A stretch of 64,000 bases of DNA from an uncultured delta proteobacterium (GCA_963841435.1 CAWJCS010000005.1:1664001-1728000); one strand, 5' to 3'; counted from the stretch's first letter, positions 17,962-28,068 are shown. Program-made: numbers and translations. The notes: generated from the letters alone by a model not told the origin.

Positions 17962-18603
17962 TCAGCGCTTGACGACGCGCCCGCCCGAAAGCGTGATGCG
18001 TCGCGCCCCGAGCCTCTCGGCCTGCTCGGGTGCATGGCTCGAGACGACGACGAGAGTTCCGCGACGGCGCTCCTCGACGAGCGCGCTCTCGAGCAGCTCG
18101 GCACTCGCCGGATCGAGCCCCGTCCAGGGCTCGTCGAGCAGCAGCACGCTGGGTCGATGGGCGAGCGCACGCGCGAGCGCGATGCGTTGTCGCTGCCCGC
18201 GGGACAGCGTGCCGAAGGGTCGCTCCCCGAACGACTTTGCCTGCACGCGATCGGCGGTCGCCTCCCACGCCGCGCGGGGATCCACGCCGTAGAGTCGCGC
18301 GGCGAGCTCCACGTTCTCCCGCCCGGAGAGCTCGCGGTAGCACAGCGAGTCGTGTGAAACCCATCCGAGCTCCGGTCGCACGGCTTCCACGGCTTCGCCG
18401 AGCGGCTCGTAAATGACGCGGCCGAGCGTCGGGCGAATCGCGGTCGCGAGCACGGCCAAGAGCGTGCTCTTGCCGGCGCCGTTCGAGCCCTCGAGCGCGA
18501 CTAGCTGCCCGGACTCGAGGGTCAGGCTCACCGCGCGCAGCGCCGCAATGGCCCCGAACGTCCGGGTCACCGAGTCCACGACGATGCGCTCGATGGCTGG
18601 CAA
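17962..18603 (-). CDS. ABC transporter ATP-binding protein, CcmA (heme exporter)-like
   Basis: GSNGAGKST, LSRGQRQR signature, LLLDEPWTGLD, H-loop SSH. No permease gene is adjacent. Confidence 0.8.
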   Translation of the reverse strand: MPAIERIVVDSVTRTFGAIAALRAVSLTLESGQLVALEGSNGAGKSTLLAVLATAIRPTLGRVIYEPLGEAVEAVRPELGWVSHDSLCYRELSGRENVELAARLYGVDPRAAWEATADRVQAKSFGERPFGTLSRGQRQRIALARALAHRPSVLLLDEPWTGLDPASAELLESALVEERRRGTLVVVSSHAPEQAERLGARRITLSGGRVVKR

Positions 18604-18735
18604 GCTTTGCCGCTTTTATCACCCTTCGTGCCCTGACCCCCGACGGGCCCACGATTTTTCCGGCTCTATTCCCGCTGCGGCGAGGGGCCGGCCCGGGGAC
18701 TTCGGAGCCGGAAGCTCGTGCTAGTATCGACGCGG

Positions 18736-19701
18736 ATGAGTTCCTCCGCCGCCTTACTCGAGCCCCGGCGAGCCGAGCAGCTTGCCGAGCTGCGGTCGGC
18801 CGTCGGCGGAGCGCTGGAAGGCAAGGCCGACGTCGTCGAGCTTTCATTGATCGCCCTCCTCGCGAGAGGCCACGTCCTTTTGGAGGACGTCCCCGGCGTT
18901 GGCAAGACGACCCTCGCCCGTGCGCTCGCGCGAGCCGTTGGCGGCGAGATGCGGCGCGTGCAGTTCACGAGCGACCTCCTACCGAGCGACGTGCTGGGCG
19001 TGTCGATCTACGACCAGCACCGGAGCGATTTCGTGCTTCGGCACGGTCCGATCTTCACGAACGTGCTGCTCGCTGACGAGATCAACCGCGCGAGCCCGCG
19101 CACGCAATCCGCGCTGCTCGAGGCCATGAGTGATGGGCAAGTGTCACTCGACGGGCGCACGCTGCCGCTGCCCGAGCCGTTCTTCGTCGTCGCGACGCAA
19201 AACCCCCACGATTTTGCCGGAACCTATCAGCTGCCCGAGTCGCAGCTCGATCGCTTCATGATGCGCCTGCGCATCGGGTATCCGCCCCCCAGCGTCGAGA
19301 CTCGCTTGATGCTCGATCCCGACTACGACCGTGTCGAGGCGGTGCCCGTCGTGCTCGATCCGAAATCGCTCGTCAGCATGCAGCGCGAGGTCGATCGCAT
19401 CTCCACCGACGGGGCGCTCGGCGCGTACCTGCAGGCGCTCGTCACGGCGACGCGGACGACATCGACGCTGTCGCTGGGCGCGTCCACGCGCGCCGGCATG
19501 AACCTGTCGCGGGCCGCCCGCGCGCGAGCTCTCTTGCATGGGCGCCATTACTGCATCGCAGACGACATCCACAGTCTGGCCGTGCCGTTGCTCGCGCACC
19601 GCGTGCGGCTCGCCTCGCACGCCGAAGGTTATGTTCCGTCGCGCGACGAGGCCGAAACGGCCGTGCGCGAGGTCGTTTCGCGAGTGCCCGTGCCGCTGTG
19701 A
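18736..19701 (+). CDS. moxR: MoxR family AAA+ ATPase
   Basis: LLEDVPGVGKTTLA, RVQFTSDLLPSD, LADEINRASPRTQSALLEAM, ATQNP, LPESQLDRF. Confidence 0.95.
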   Translation: MSSSAALLEPRRAEQLAELRSAVGGALEGKADVVELSLIALLARGHVLLEDVPGVGKTTLARALARAVGGEMRRVQFTSDLLPSDVLGVSIYDQHRSDFVLRHGPIFTNVLLADEINRASPRTQSALLEAMSDGQVSLDGRTLPLPEPFFVVATQNPHDFAGTYQLPESQLDRFMMRLRIGYPPPSVETRLMLDPDYDRVEAVPVVLDPKSLVSMQREVDRISTDGALGAYLQALVTATRTTSTLSLGASTRAGMNLSRAARARALLHGRHYCIADDIHSLAVPLLAHRVRLASHAEGYVPSRDEAETAVREVVSRVPVPL

Positions 19702-20795
19702 ACGCGACGGCGCCTCGCGAGCGGCGACGCCCGCGGCCACCGATCGGTGTGCCCCGCAGGCGCCGCCGGTCCGAGCCCGCCGCGAAGCCCGAGCGACCCG
19801 TCGCCGCGTTCCTCCGCGGGTTTTTCGCGCGCTTCAAGCTGCCCCGCAAGCTCCGCATCACGCGTGAGGGCCGCTACTTCGTGCTCATCACGTTCCTCGT
19901 GGGGTTTGCCGCGATCAACACCGGCAACAACCTCCTCTATCTGCTGTTCGGCATGTTCCTGTCGCTCATCGTCGTCTCGGCGGTGATGAGCGAGCTCAGC
20001 CTGCGCCATCTCACGGTCCTGCGCCGACTCCCCCCGCGCGCTCAGGTGGGACGCGCGCACCTCGTCGAGATCGAGGTGTACAATCACAAGCGCCGCATCC
20101 CGTCCTACGCCATCGAGGTGGAGGATCTCAGGGCAGGCCAGCCAGCCGACAAGCGCTGCTTTTTCCTGAAAATCAGCCCCCGCTCGGCGCAGGTTGCCGC
20201 CTACCGGCGGACGCCCGCGCGGCGAGGCCGCGACCACCACGTCGGCTTTCGCATCGCGACGCGGTTTCCTTTCGGGTTGTTCGAAAAGTCGCGCGACATC
20301 ACCTCGGACGGCGATCTCGTCATTTACCCAGCCGTCGATGCCCTCGCGCTGCCCGTCGACGAGGCGGGCGATCGACAGGGCGGCATGCTGACGCTCGGAC
20401 GCGGCAGCGGCGACGAGACCGCCGGCGTGCGCCCCATGCGCGACGGCGACGACCCGCGTGACATCTACTGGCGTAAGAGCACCGAATCCCACCAGATGAT
20501 CGTGCGCGAGCGCGTGCGTGAGGCGCGGCGCGACGTGACGCTGACGCTCGAGTCCCGGCACGCCGGCGAGCGCCCGACCGACGAATTTTCCACGCGTTTC
20601 GAGCGCCGCATCCGCGAGGTGGCGTCGCGCGCCGTCGCCCACCTGAAACGGGGCGATTCGGTGACGCTCGCGACGACGGCGGGCGAGCGCGCTACGAGCG
20701 TTCCGGCGCGCGGCGCCGACCCCCTGCTGCGATTTCTCGCCCTGCTCGAGTCCGTGCCGCTCGACGATCCGGGCGACCGTCTGGAGGCCCGGTGA
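19698..20795 (+). CDS. DUF58 domain membrane protein
   Basis: N-terminal TMs (AAINTGNNLLYL), TRFPFGLF, RPMRDGDDPRDIYWRKS; canonical position after moxR. Confidence 0.9.
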   Translation: MNATAPRERRRPRPPIGVPRRRRRSEPAAKPERPVAAFLRGFFARFKLPRKLRITREGRYFVLITFLVGFAAINTGNNLLYLLFGMFLSLIVVSAVMSELSLRHLTVLRRLPPRAQVGRAHLVEIEVYNHKRRIPSYAIEVEDLRAGQPADKRCFFLKISPRSAQVAAYRRTPARRGRDHHVGFRIATRFPFGLFEKSRDITSDGDLVIYPAVDALALPVDEAGDRQGGMLTLGRGSGDETAGVRPMRDGDDPRDIYWRKSTESHQMIVRERVREARRDVTLTLESRHAGERPTDEFSTRFERRIREVASRAVAHLKRGDSVTLATTAGERATSVPARGADPLLRFLALLESVPLDDPGDRLEAR

Positions 20796-22951
20796 GGTTC
20801 GGCGTCGTTCACCGCGTGATGACTGACACGCTCGCCGTGCTCGGGCTTCTCGCGTTGCTCTCGAGCGGCGAGGTGGACCGCAGTGTCTCGGTCGTCATCC
20901 TGCTTGGGCTCGTTGCAGCCATCGGCCTGCCCGAGCGCGTGTTCGAGCGGCCGCTCGTGCGGCGGGTCACGGCCGTGCTGCCGCTCGTGCTTTTGGGCGT
21001 GCAGGTGCTGCGGCTGATGGCGGGTGCGAGCCTGCTCGTGACGGCCATCGAGTTTGCCGCGGGTCTCCAGGTCTTGAGGCTCGCGACCCGCCGCGGCGCC
21101 GCTCACGACCAGCAGGTGATCGTGCTGGCGCTCCTGCACCTGATCGCCGGCACGGTGCTCGGCAGTGGTCTCACCTATGCCTTCTGTTTCCTCGGCTTCT
21201 TGATCGTCACGCCGGGGGCGCTCGTCTTGAGCCACCTGCGGCGCGAGGTCGAGGGCAACTACCGGCAGGGCGCGCGCGATCGAACGGGGCTGCCCGTCGA
21301 CGTGCCGCGCATCCTGCGGAGCCGCCGCGTGATCGGTCGGCAGTTCCTGCTGCTCACGTGCCTGCTCTCCGTGCCGATCTTCGTGTTCACGGCCGTGCTC
21401 TTCGTGCTGTTTCCGCGCGTCGGGCTCTCGCTCTTGCTCCTCAACCGGAACCAGCCCGAGCGCATGGTCGGCTTCTCGGAGCGCGTCAACCTCGGCGGTG
21501 TGGGCAAGCTGCGCTCCGACCCGAGCATCGTGATGCGCGTGGAGCCCCCGGGTCTCGGCGCGAAGCCCCCGCCCCGGCTCGCGCTGTACCTGCGCGGCGC
21601 CGCCTTCGATCGCTACGACGGGCGGGCCTGGTCGCGGCAGCGCCGCGAGGACGTGCCCGCCGACCAGGCGGGCAACGCCGTGCGCATCGTCCGATTTCCG
21701 GACCCCGTGCGTGATCGCCTCATGCGTATCGACCTGGAGCCGATCGAGCCGCCCGTGGTGTTTCTGCCTCTCGACGCGGTCGCGCTCAGGATCCTGTCGC
21801 CTGGACCGTCGCTCGATCAGGCCAATCCCGAGCTTTTCAACGCGCCGGAGGGCGTGTTGCGCTACCGCTCGCTCGGCGATCGCGGGCTGCGCTACGAAGT
21901 GTCGCTCGCGGGAAGCGGCGAGCTCAGGCCCCGCGCGCTCTCGCCGACGGAGCGGCTCCGCTACCTCTCGCTGCCGCCGCTCTCCCCGCGCATCCAGGGG
22001 CTCGCGGAGAGCTGGACCGGGGGCGCGACGAGTGACCTCGAGCGCGCGCGGCGGATCGAAGCCAAGCTGAGGACCCTCTACCGCTACGATCTCGATTCGC
22101 CGTCCGGTGCTGCCAAGAAGCCCCTCGAGGACTTTCTCTTCAATTCGCACCGGGGCCACTGTGAGTTTTACTCGACGGCCATGGCCGTCATGCTGCGCTC
22201 CCTCGCGGTGCCGGCCCGCAACGTCACGGGCTTCGTCGGCGGGACCTACAATCGGTTCTCTCGCTCGTACGTGGTGCGGCAGGGTGATGCGCATTCCTGG
22301 GTCGAGGCGTGGGTGGACGGCGTCGGCTGGACGCGCTTCGACCCGACGCCGCCTTCGGACGCCGCGCCGCGCAGCGAGCTCAACGGGGCGCTGGCGCTGA
22401 TTCGCGACCTCGTCGAGGCGCTCGGCCAGCGCTGGAGCCGCCACGTCGTCGGCTACGATCTGCACCAGCAGATCGGCCTTTATCATCAGCTGCGCAATCG
22501 CTACGAACGGCTCGCCCCCCGCTACCCGTGGGCCAAACAGCTGCTCGCGTCCCCGCGCCGGCTCTTGCTCGGGGCGCTCGGGGCGCTCGGCCTGTTCTTC
22601 GGGCTGCGCGAGCTCTGGCGGCGGCGCAAAGCGCCTGCGCGGCGCAGCGAGCGACCCGAGGACGAGCGCCGCGCCCACGAGGCGGCCGAGCTCTACCGGG
22701 CGCTCGAAAGCGTGCTGGCGATGCGCGGCGTGCCACGGCCGGCTGGCATGCCGCCATTTGCCCACGCCAGCGCGCTCGCGGCGCTCGGACATCCGCTCGG
22801 CCCGGACGCCCTCGACCTCACGGAGCGCTATCTGCGCTTCCGCTTCGGCGGCGAGACCCTCGATGCGTCGGCGCGGCGCGCCTACCTCGAGCGGCTACGC
22901 GCTCTGAAGAGCCTGCCACTCGCGCGGCCTAACTCGCAACGCGCCGCTTGA
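20792..22951 (+). CDS. Membrane transglutaminase-like protein (TgpA-type, DUF3488 + transglutaminase core + DUF4129-like)
   Basis: Multiple TMs, YLRGAAFDRYDG, catalytic GHCEFYS...AHSWVE...FDPTP. Confidence 0.92.
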   Translation: MRFGVVHRVMTDTLAVLGLLALLSSGEVDRSVSVVILLGLVAAIGLPERVFERPLVRRVTAVLPLVLLGVQVLRLMAGASLLVTAIEFAAGLQVLRLATRRGAAHDQQVIVLALLHLIAGTVLGSGLTYAFCFLGFLIVTPGALVLSHLRREVEGNYRQGARDRTGLPVDVPRILRSRRVIGRQFLLLTCLLSVPIFVFTAVLFVLFPRVGLSLLLLNRNQPERMVGFSERVNLGGVGKLRSDPSIVMRVEPPGLGAKPPPRLALYLRGAAFDRYDGRAWSRQRREDVPADQAGNAVRIVRFPDPVRDRLMRIDLEPIEPPVVFLPLDAVALRILSPGPSLDQANPELFNAPEGVLRYRSLGDRGLRYEVSLAGSGELRPRALSPTERLRYLSLPPLSPRIQGLAESWTGGATSDLERARRIEAKLRTLYRYDLDSPSGAAKKPLEDFLFNSHRGHCEFYSTAMAVMLRSLAVPARNVTGFVGGTYNRFSRSYVVRQGDAHSWVEAWVDGVGWTRFDPTPPSDAAPRSELNGALALIRDLVEALGQRWSRHVVGYDLHQQIGLYHQLRNRYERLAPRYPWAKQLLASPRRLLLGALGALGLFFGLRELWRRRKAPARRSERPEDERRAHEAAELYRALESVLAMRGVPRPAGMPPFAHASALAALGHPLGPDALDLTERYLRFRFGGETLDASARRAYLERLRALKSLPLARPNSQRAA

Positions 22952-23477
22952 GCACGACCCGCGTCGGCGCGGGCTGATCCGCACCGGCCTTCGCGGGGGC
23001 GACGCCGTAGAACGCGTCCGCCGCGGGACGCGCCTCGAGGCCGTCATAGTCCAGATCCGGACGTCCGCTTTCGACCCAAGCGACAATCACCGGCGCCTCG
23101 TCGCTCGCACCGATGCCGAGCACGTCGACGGCAACGCCCTTCTGGAGCTCGGCCGGCGTGATCGCTCGCTGGGTCGAGGCGAGCGGCTTGCCGCGGCTAC
23201 CGGGCAGCTTGCCGTCGGCGAGGCTGGACGGCGCGTACGACTGCACGATCAGGCGGTATCCGTGCTGAGAATCAGCGAGCTGCCGCGGATCGGCCGAGAC
23301 CGCGGCACGGACGCGGTGAACGGCGCCGATGCCGACCGTCGTCGCGGCGACGAGGGCCACCCACGACGCGCCTGCGACGGGCGCCTTGGCTCGCTTGCGG
23401 TTGGTCTTCGTCGTTGCCACGTCGCTCTCCGGTATGAACGTCCGAGCCCCTCCGAAAGTTTCTGGGCTCTCACCCAA
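22929..23477 (-). CDS. Hypothetical membrane-anchored protein
   Basis: Single hydrophobic segment WVALVAATTVGIGAV followed by a globular-looking region; start uncertain. Confidence 0.55.
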   Translation of the reverse strand: MGESPETFGGARTFIPESDVATTKTNRKRAKAPVAGASWVALVAATTVGIGAVHRVRAAVSADPRQLADSQHGYRLIVQSYAPSSLADGKLPGSRGKPLASTQRAITPAELQKGVAVDVLGIGASDEAPVIVAWVESGRPDLDYDGLEARPAADAFYGVAPAKAGADQPAPTRVVLKRRVAS

Positions 23478-23578
23478 AACAGAAGCACGCGTCGTGCCAA
23501 CCGGGCTAACGAGTCAGGTCGGCTGCGCGGCCGCATGGCGTGCCGCGCACAAGTGCCCATGATCGCGCGGCTTTGGCG

Positions 23579-25006
23579 CTACTTGGCGGCCAGAATGCGA
23601 GCCGCCCAGGCGAGCGCCTGCCGGCAGGTGGCGTCGCTTTCCGTCACACCGCGCTGTCGCCGATACGGACCGAGCGTGACAGCAACGTCGCGCCCGCGGC
23701 GCAAGACGGCAAACGGACCGCGCCGCGCCCGCTCGCGGCAAACGCTTCCGCCACGCGCTGCCTTTTCGGCACCCTGCGCCGTGGGGCTTGCCGCCGTTCC
23801 CGCTCTGCGCTCCTCGGGCTCGCCCGCGAGCGCGCCCCGGACGAGCGCCGTGAACGCGCCGGCGGCGTGCGTCGTGTCGTCGAACGCGAACCTGAGGGCG
23901 AACGCCCGGCGGTCGCCAGTGGCGAACACCACCTGCTGGTCGCCGCCCCAGCCCGCGGCGGCCTCGGCAGCCGTGACCGCCGGCAGCCACTCCTCGAGCG
24001 CGAGGCGGAGCGCCTGTTCGCCGAGCACGTCGGCGACCAGCACGTCGCGCGGGCCCTCCGCTGGCGGCACGGGTTGGGGGACGCGCGCCGCGGCCTCGTG
24101 GGCGAGGTACTTTTCTGGGTGCAGGACCTGCTCGGTCGTCGTCGGCGGGTCCTTCCAGGCCGCGTCCACGGCGGCCCAGCCTCCCAGGCGCCGGAGCGCG
24201 TGGACGAACGCGACGCCGTCCACGTAGGGCGCCACCACCGAGCGCTTGAGAATGGCGGGCACGTCGGCGATCTCGGGCATCGCCTCGATGAGACCCATCC
24301 CGCTCGCCAGCGCGCTCACCGGGACATCGAGCGCGGTGCGACCGTCTCCGGCCAGCATGAGGTCGAGCATCGCGCTCGTGGCATCACCTTCGGCGAGCGA
24401 CTGCACGGCCGCCAGCGCGTCCCCGCGCCCCGGCGACCACTTGAGGCGAGGCGCGAGATCGTAGTGCTGATCTTGCAGTGCGTGGACGAGCTCGTGCCAG
24501 AGCGTCGCTTCTTCGCCGGCCTGGCCGAGGTCGTCGAGCCAGAAAAGGGCCTTTTCGCGCGGGTCGTAGAAGCCTGCGAGCTGACTGCCGAGTAGCTCGA
24601 GGATGCTCTTTTCGTAGTCGAGATCGGCGCTCGCGGCGCCGAGCAGAAAGAGGCTCTCGGACCCACCTTCGAGCAAGGCGGGATCGAGGTCCGAGAGCAC
24701 CTCGCGTCGCATGCGGTCGGCAAGCTCGCGCCGTGGGATGACGTGGCTCGTCACGGGGCCCAAGGCGGCGAGCTGGCGCGCGCGTGCGACCCGGGCGAGT
24801 GCCTCGGCCACGTGCGTCTGGCGCTGCCGGTCCTCGAGCGTGGCGTCGGGGGGCTTCGTGGGGGCTTCCGTGCTCCGTGACCGGGCCGCGTCGATCGCTG
24901 CGCCAGGCGGCGCCGCGGGCGCAGGGTGGGCCTCACCGGACTGGGCGGCGCAGGCGGCGCAGCCGAGCGCCACGAACGCCCAAGCGGTGCGCACACCGAG
25001 CTTCAC
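23579..25006 (-). CDS. Lipoprotein with HEXXH zinc-metallopeptidase motif
   Basis: Lipobox (ALGC/AAC); AGFYDP...LWHELVHALQDQHY...LAEGDAT. Coupled to rpe by a GTGA overlap. Confidence 0.75.
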   Translation of the reverse strand: MKLGVRTAWAFVALGCAACAAQSGEAHPAPAAPPGAAIDAARSRSTEAPTKPPDATLEDRQRQTHVAEALARVARARQLAALGPVTSHVIPRRELADRMRREVLSDLDPALLEGGSESLFLLGAASADLDYEKSILELLGSQLAGFYDPREKALFWLDDLGQAGEEATLWHELVHALQDQHYDLAPRLKWSPGRGDALAAVQSLAEGDATSAMLDLMLAGDGRTALDVPVSALASGMGLIEAMPEIADVPAILKRSVVAPYVDGVAFVHALRRLGGWAAVDAAWKDPPTTTEQVLHPEKYLAHEAAARVPQPVPPAEGPRDVLVADVLGEQALRLALEEWLPAVTAAEAAAGWGGDQQVVFATGDRRAFALRFAFDDTTHAAGAFTALVRGALAGEPEERRAGTAASPTAQGAEKAARGGSVCRERARRGPFAVLRRGRDVAVTLGPYRRQRGVTESDATCRQALAWAARILAAK

Positions 25007-25659
25007 GTGGCTGCCGCGCGCAACGCGGCGATCGCCCGGGCGCGGTCCGGCTGGTCGAAAATCGCATGACCGGCGACGAGCACGCGTGCCCCCGCCTCGA
25101 CGACCCGATGGGCTGTATCGGGTGCAATGCCCCCGTCAACCTCCAGATCGATGGCGCGCCCCGAGGCGTCGATGAGCTCGCGCACGCGCCGGATTTTCGC
25201 GACCATCGCGGGCAGAAACACCTGCCCGCCGAAGCCGGGGTTCACCGTCATCACGAGCACCTGATCGAGATCGTCGAGCACCCAGCGCAGCGTCTCTTCC
25301 GGCGTGTGCGGGTTGAGGACGGCGCCCGATCGCTTGCCGAGCTCGCGGATCTGGTGGAGCGCACGCTGCAAGTGGCGGGCGGCCTCCACGTGCACCATGA
25401 TCGTGTCCGCGCCCGCCGCTGCAAAAGCGGCCACGTGGCGCTCGGGCTCCACGATCATGAGGTGCACGTCGACGGGCAGCGTCGTCGCCTTCCTCACGGC
25501 CGAAACGACCAGCGGACCGAAGGTGATGTTCGGGACGAAACAACCATCCATCACGTCAACGTGGATCCGGTCCGCGCCGGCCGCCTCGACCGCCTTCACT
25601 TCTTCGGCCAGGCGTCCGAGATCGGAGCTGAGGACGGAAGGAGCGATTTCTACCGACAT
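25003..25659 (-). CDS. rpe: Ribulose-phosphate 3-epimerase
   Basis: IAPSVLS, HVDVMDG..VPNITFG, DVHLMI, MTVNPGFGGQ, EVDGGI. Confidence 0.97.
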   Translation of the reverse strand: MSVEIAPSVLSSDLGRLAEEVKAVEAAGADRIHVDVMDGCFVPNITFGPLVVSAVRKATTLPVDVHLMIVEPERHVAAFAAAGADTIMVHVEAARHLQRALHQIRELGKRSGAVLNPHTPEETLRWVLDDLDQVLVMTVNPGFGGQVFLPAMVAKIRRVRELIDASGRAIDLEVDGGIAPDTAHRVVEAGARVLVAGHAIFDQPDRARAIAALRAAAT

Positions 25660-25781
25660 GGTCGCCTATGCGTCCACCTACCCGACGTTCGTGGCGAACG
25701 CCAGCACCCGATCCGAATGCCGGCGAGCGCGTTACTCGCGCGGCGGAGCGTGTTAGGCTCGGGTCGTTCGGCCCAGAAACG

Positions 25782-26219
25782 ATGATCACAAGGCCCCTCG
25801 GTAAGCAGGACTACGACCACATCGTTCAAATCATCGACCGATGGTGGGGCGGTCCGACGACGGCGCTCGCGCATCCGATCTTCTTCTACGAGCTTGGGTC
25901 GATGGCGCGGGTCGTCGAGCACGACGGGATTCTCGTCGGCTTCCTGCTCGGCTTCGTGGCACCGGGTCCGCCGAAGACCGGCTACGTGCACCTGGTCGGG
26001 ATCCACCCCGACTATCGGCGGCGCGGTGTCGGCAAGGTGCTCTACCAGACCTTCGAGGAAGACTCGCGCGCGGCGGGCTGCACGCGGCTCAAGGCGATCA
26101 CCACCGTGGGGAACGAAGGCTCGATCGCGTTCCACAAAGCAACCGGCTGGAGCGTCACCTACGTCGAGGACTACGCTGGCCCCGCGCGCCCGCGTATCGT
26201 TTTTCAGAAGAGCCTGTAG
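25782..26219 (+). CDS. GNAT family N-acetyltransferase
   Basis: VGIHPDYRRRGVGKVLY motif A; NEGSIAFH..GW. ATG at 25782. Confidence 0.9.
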   Translation: MITRPLGKQDYDHIVQIIDRWWGGPTTALAHPIFFYELGSMARVVEHDGILVGFLLGFVAPGPPKTGYVHLVGIHPDYRRRGVGKVLYQTFEEDSRAAGCTRLKAITTVGNEGSIAFHKATGWSVTYVEDYAGPARPRIVFQKSL

Positions 26220-26388
26220 CGCCCGCCATCGTGCGCGGCGCATCGCCCTTGGAAGCTTTCGACGCGAGCGCCGGCTCGCCGGGAGCGAGCGCTCTCGGAC
26301 CGGCGTTCGAGGCATTCTTCACGCGGGCGGGCGCGCGCTCGTCACCGGTAGCGCCGTCGCGCGCGGAGAGTGCTAGGGTCCCGCCGCC

Positions 26389-26895
26389 ATGGCGGGCCCC
26401 GACGAGCTCACCCCGGCCGATTTACGGAACATCGGCTTGTTCGGCGCGCTGAGCGACGAGGTGCTCGGATTCTTCGTCGGGATGCTCACGGTCGTGCGGC
26501 CCGGGATCGGCGAGGCGGTCTTTCGCGAGGGCGACGAAGCCAACGCAATGTACGTCGTCCTTGCCGGCGAGATGGAGGTGACCAAGCGCAGCCGCCAAGG
26601 CGTCGACGCGCGCGTCGCCATGCTGGGGCCCGGGGATTGGTTCGGCGAGATGAGCATCGTTGACATCCAGCCGCGCTCCGCCACGGTGCGCGCGGTCGCG
26701 CCGTGCCGCCTCATCCGCCTGACCGCTTCCGATCTCGACGCGCTCTACCGGCACGACGTGCGGTCGTATGCGATCATCGTGCTCAACATCGCGCGCGAGC
26801 TCAGTCGCAGGCTGCGCGTCGCCGACGGCATCCTCGCCGATCTCATCGCGAACGTGCTCGACGGCTATCTCGGCCAGCGCACGGGCGGCTCCTAG
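26389..26895 (+). CDS. Stand-alone cyclic-nucleotide-binding domain protein
   Basis: VFREGDEANAMYVVLAGEMEV...GDWFGEMSIVDIQPRSATVRA; no C-terminal HTH. Confidence 0.9.
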   Translation: MAGPDELTPADLRNIGLFGALSDEVLGFFVGMLTVVRPGIGEAVFREGDEANAMYVVLAGEMEVTKRSRQGVDARVAMLGPGDWFGEMSIVDIQPRSATVRAVAPCRLIRLTASDLDALYRHDVRSYAIIVLNIARELSRRLRVADGILADLIANVLDGYLGQRTGGS

Positions 26896-26971
26896 AAGGT
26901 CAGCGCTCACCCGCAGCGAAGCGGGAAAGCCGTGGCCTGCCAGGGTTTTTCGCCGCTCGTGGCCGCCGCGA

Positions 26972-27904
26972 TCACGAGCCCGCGGGCGTCCACGTGGCGT
27001 TGGCGATCATCGCGCAAGCCGCCGCGGGGTCGACGATCGTCGTGCCCTGGTAGACGCACTCGCGGTAGGCGGCCGGCGTCGCGTACGCGCAGCAACCGAT
27101 GAGATCGAGGCCCGCGGGGCACGGTGATTCCGACCAGGTGCCGCCGCTGAGCCCGCACGCCATCTGCGACGCCGCGACGCTGGCCGGGCCGTCAGTGATC
27201 TCGAGGCAGCTTGCCTGCGTCGTACGCTGGTCGCAGGTGCCGTGCACGAGCGCGCCGCCGGCGCTTCCTCCCTGGCCGGCGCCACCCGAGCCCGCCACGC
27301 CGCCCGAGCCCGCCACGCCGCCTGAGCCGGCTACGCCGCCCGAGCCGGCCGCGCCGCCCGAGCCCGCTGGCGATCCGCCGGCGGCACCGCCGCTGCCGCC
27401 CGAGCCGGCGGCGGCGCCGCCCATGCCGCCACTCACCCCTGACCCGGCGCCGCCTGCAGCGCCGCCGAAGCCGCTGCCGCCGCTTCCGGCGAAGGGACCG
27501 CTCCCCGCAGAGCTGCCGCCCGTTCCGGCGAAGCTACCAGCGCTGCCCCCAACGCCGACGCCCGCTGCTCCCGCTGTACCAGCGGCAGCGGCACCGGCCG
27601 TACCCCCGGTGGGCGGCGTCGCGCTCGAGCCGCCGTTTCCGCTGCCGCCTGTGCCCGGAGCTGCGCCCGCGCTCGTACCGCCGGAGTCGTTCGCCCCCGA
27701 CGTGCCGCCAGTGCTGGCCGAAATGCTGCCACCTGTTCCCCCCGAGCCTGGCTGTCCGCTGCCTCCGGTCCCGCCGGCACCGATGGCCGGGCCGTTCGGG
27801 TCGTCCTTCTTTCCGCCCGGGAGCTCGGGGAACGGATTGAGAAAGCACCCAGCCGGCCACAAGGCCAGAAGAATGGGTAGGAGGCGCCGATAGTAAGGCG
27901 GCAT
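26972..27904 (-). CDS. Gly-rich-linker lipoprotein with small Cys-rich C-terminal domain
   Basis: LLALWPAGC lipobox, long G/S/A/T linker, tail with about 8 Cys. Confidence 0.75.
   Translation of the reverse strand: MPPYYRRLLPILLALWPAGCFLNPFPELPGGKKDDPNGPAIGAGGTGGSGQPGSGGTGGSISASTGGTSGANDSGGTSAGAAPGTGGSGNGGSSATPPTGGTAGAAAAGTAGAAGVGVGGSAGSFAGTGGSSAGSGPFAGSGGSGFGGAAGGAGSGVSGGMGGAAAGSGGSGGAAGGSPAGSGGAAGSGGVAGSGGVAGSGGVAGSGGAGQGGSAGGALVHGTCDQRTTQASCLEITDGPASVAASQMACGLSGGTWSESPCPAGLDLIGCCAYATPAAYRECVYQGTTIVDPAAACAMIANATWTPAGS
27284..27367 (-). repeat. Coding 18-bp tandem repeat (GSGGVA/GSGGAA units) in the linker
   Basis: CCCGAGCCCGCCACGCCG-like unit repeated about 4 times. Confidence 0.75.
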
Positions 27905-28068
27905 GGCAGGGCCTGTGCCAATGGAAGCACAACTTGGGCCAGTGTCGGTGGAAGATCGACCGCGGCCCATCGACCTTTCCGTGGCCCCTCTGGCGTGCAC
28001 CCGCGCCTTTGCGATTTGGCGCAATTTGGCACAAATTGCGACCGCGGTGTCCCATCCGGCCCACCACG

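Noticed and set aside
27284-27367. Tandem repeats as a CRISPR array (also 62800-62880)
   Set aside because: No unique spacers; repeats are in-frame Gly-linker codons; no cas genes.
27904-27920. Sigma-54-like TGGCAC-N5-CTGC on the minus strand
   Set aside because: The -12 element is imperfect and abuts the predicted ATG, leaving no room for a transcript leader.
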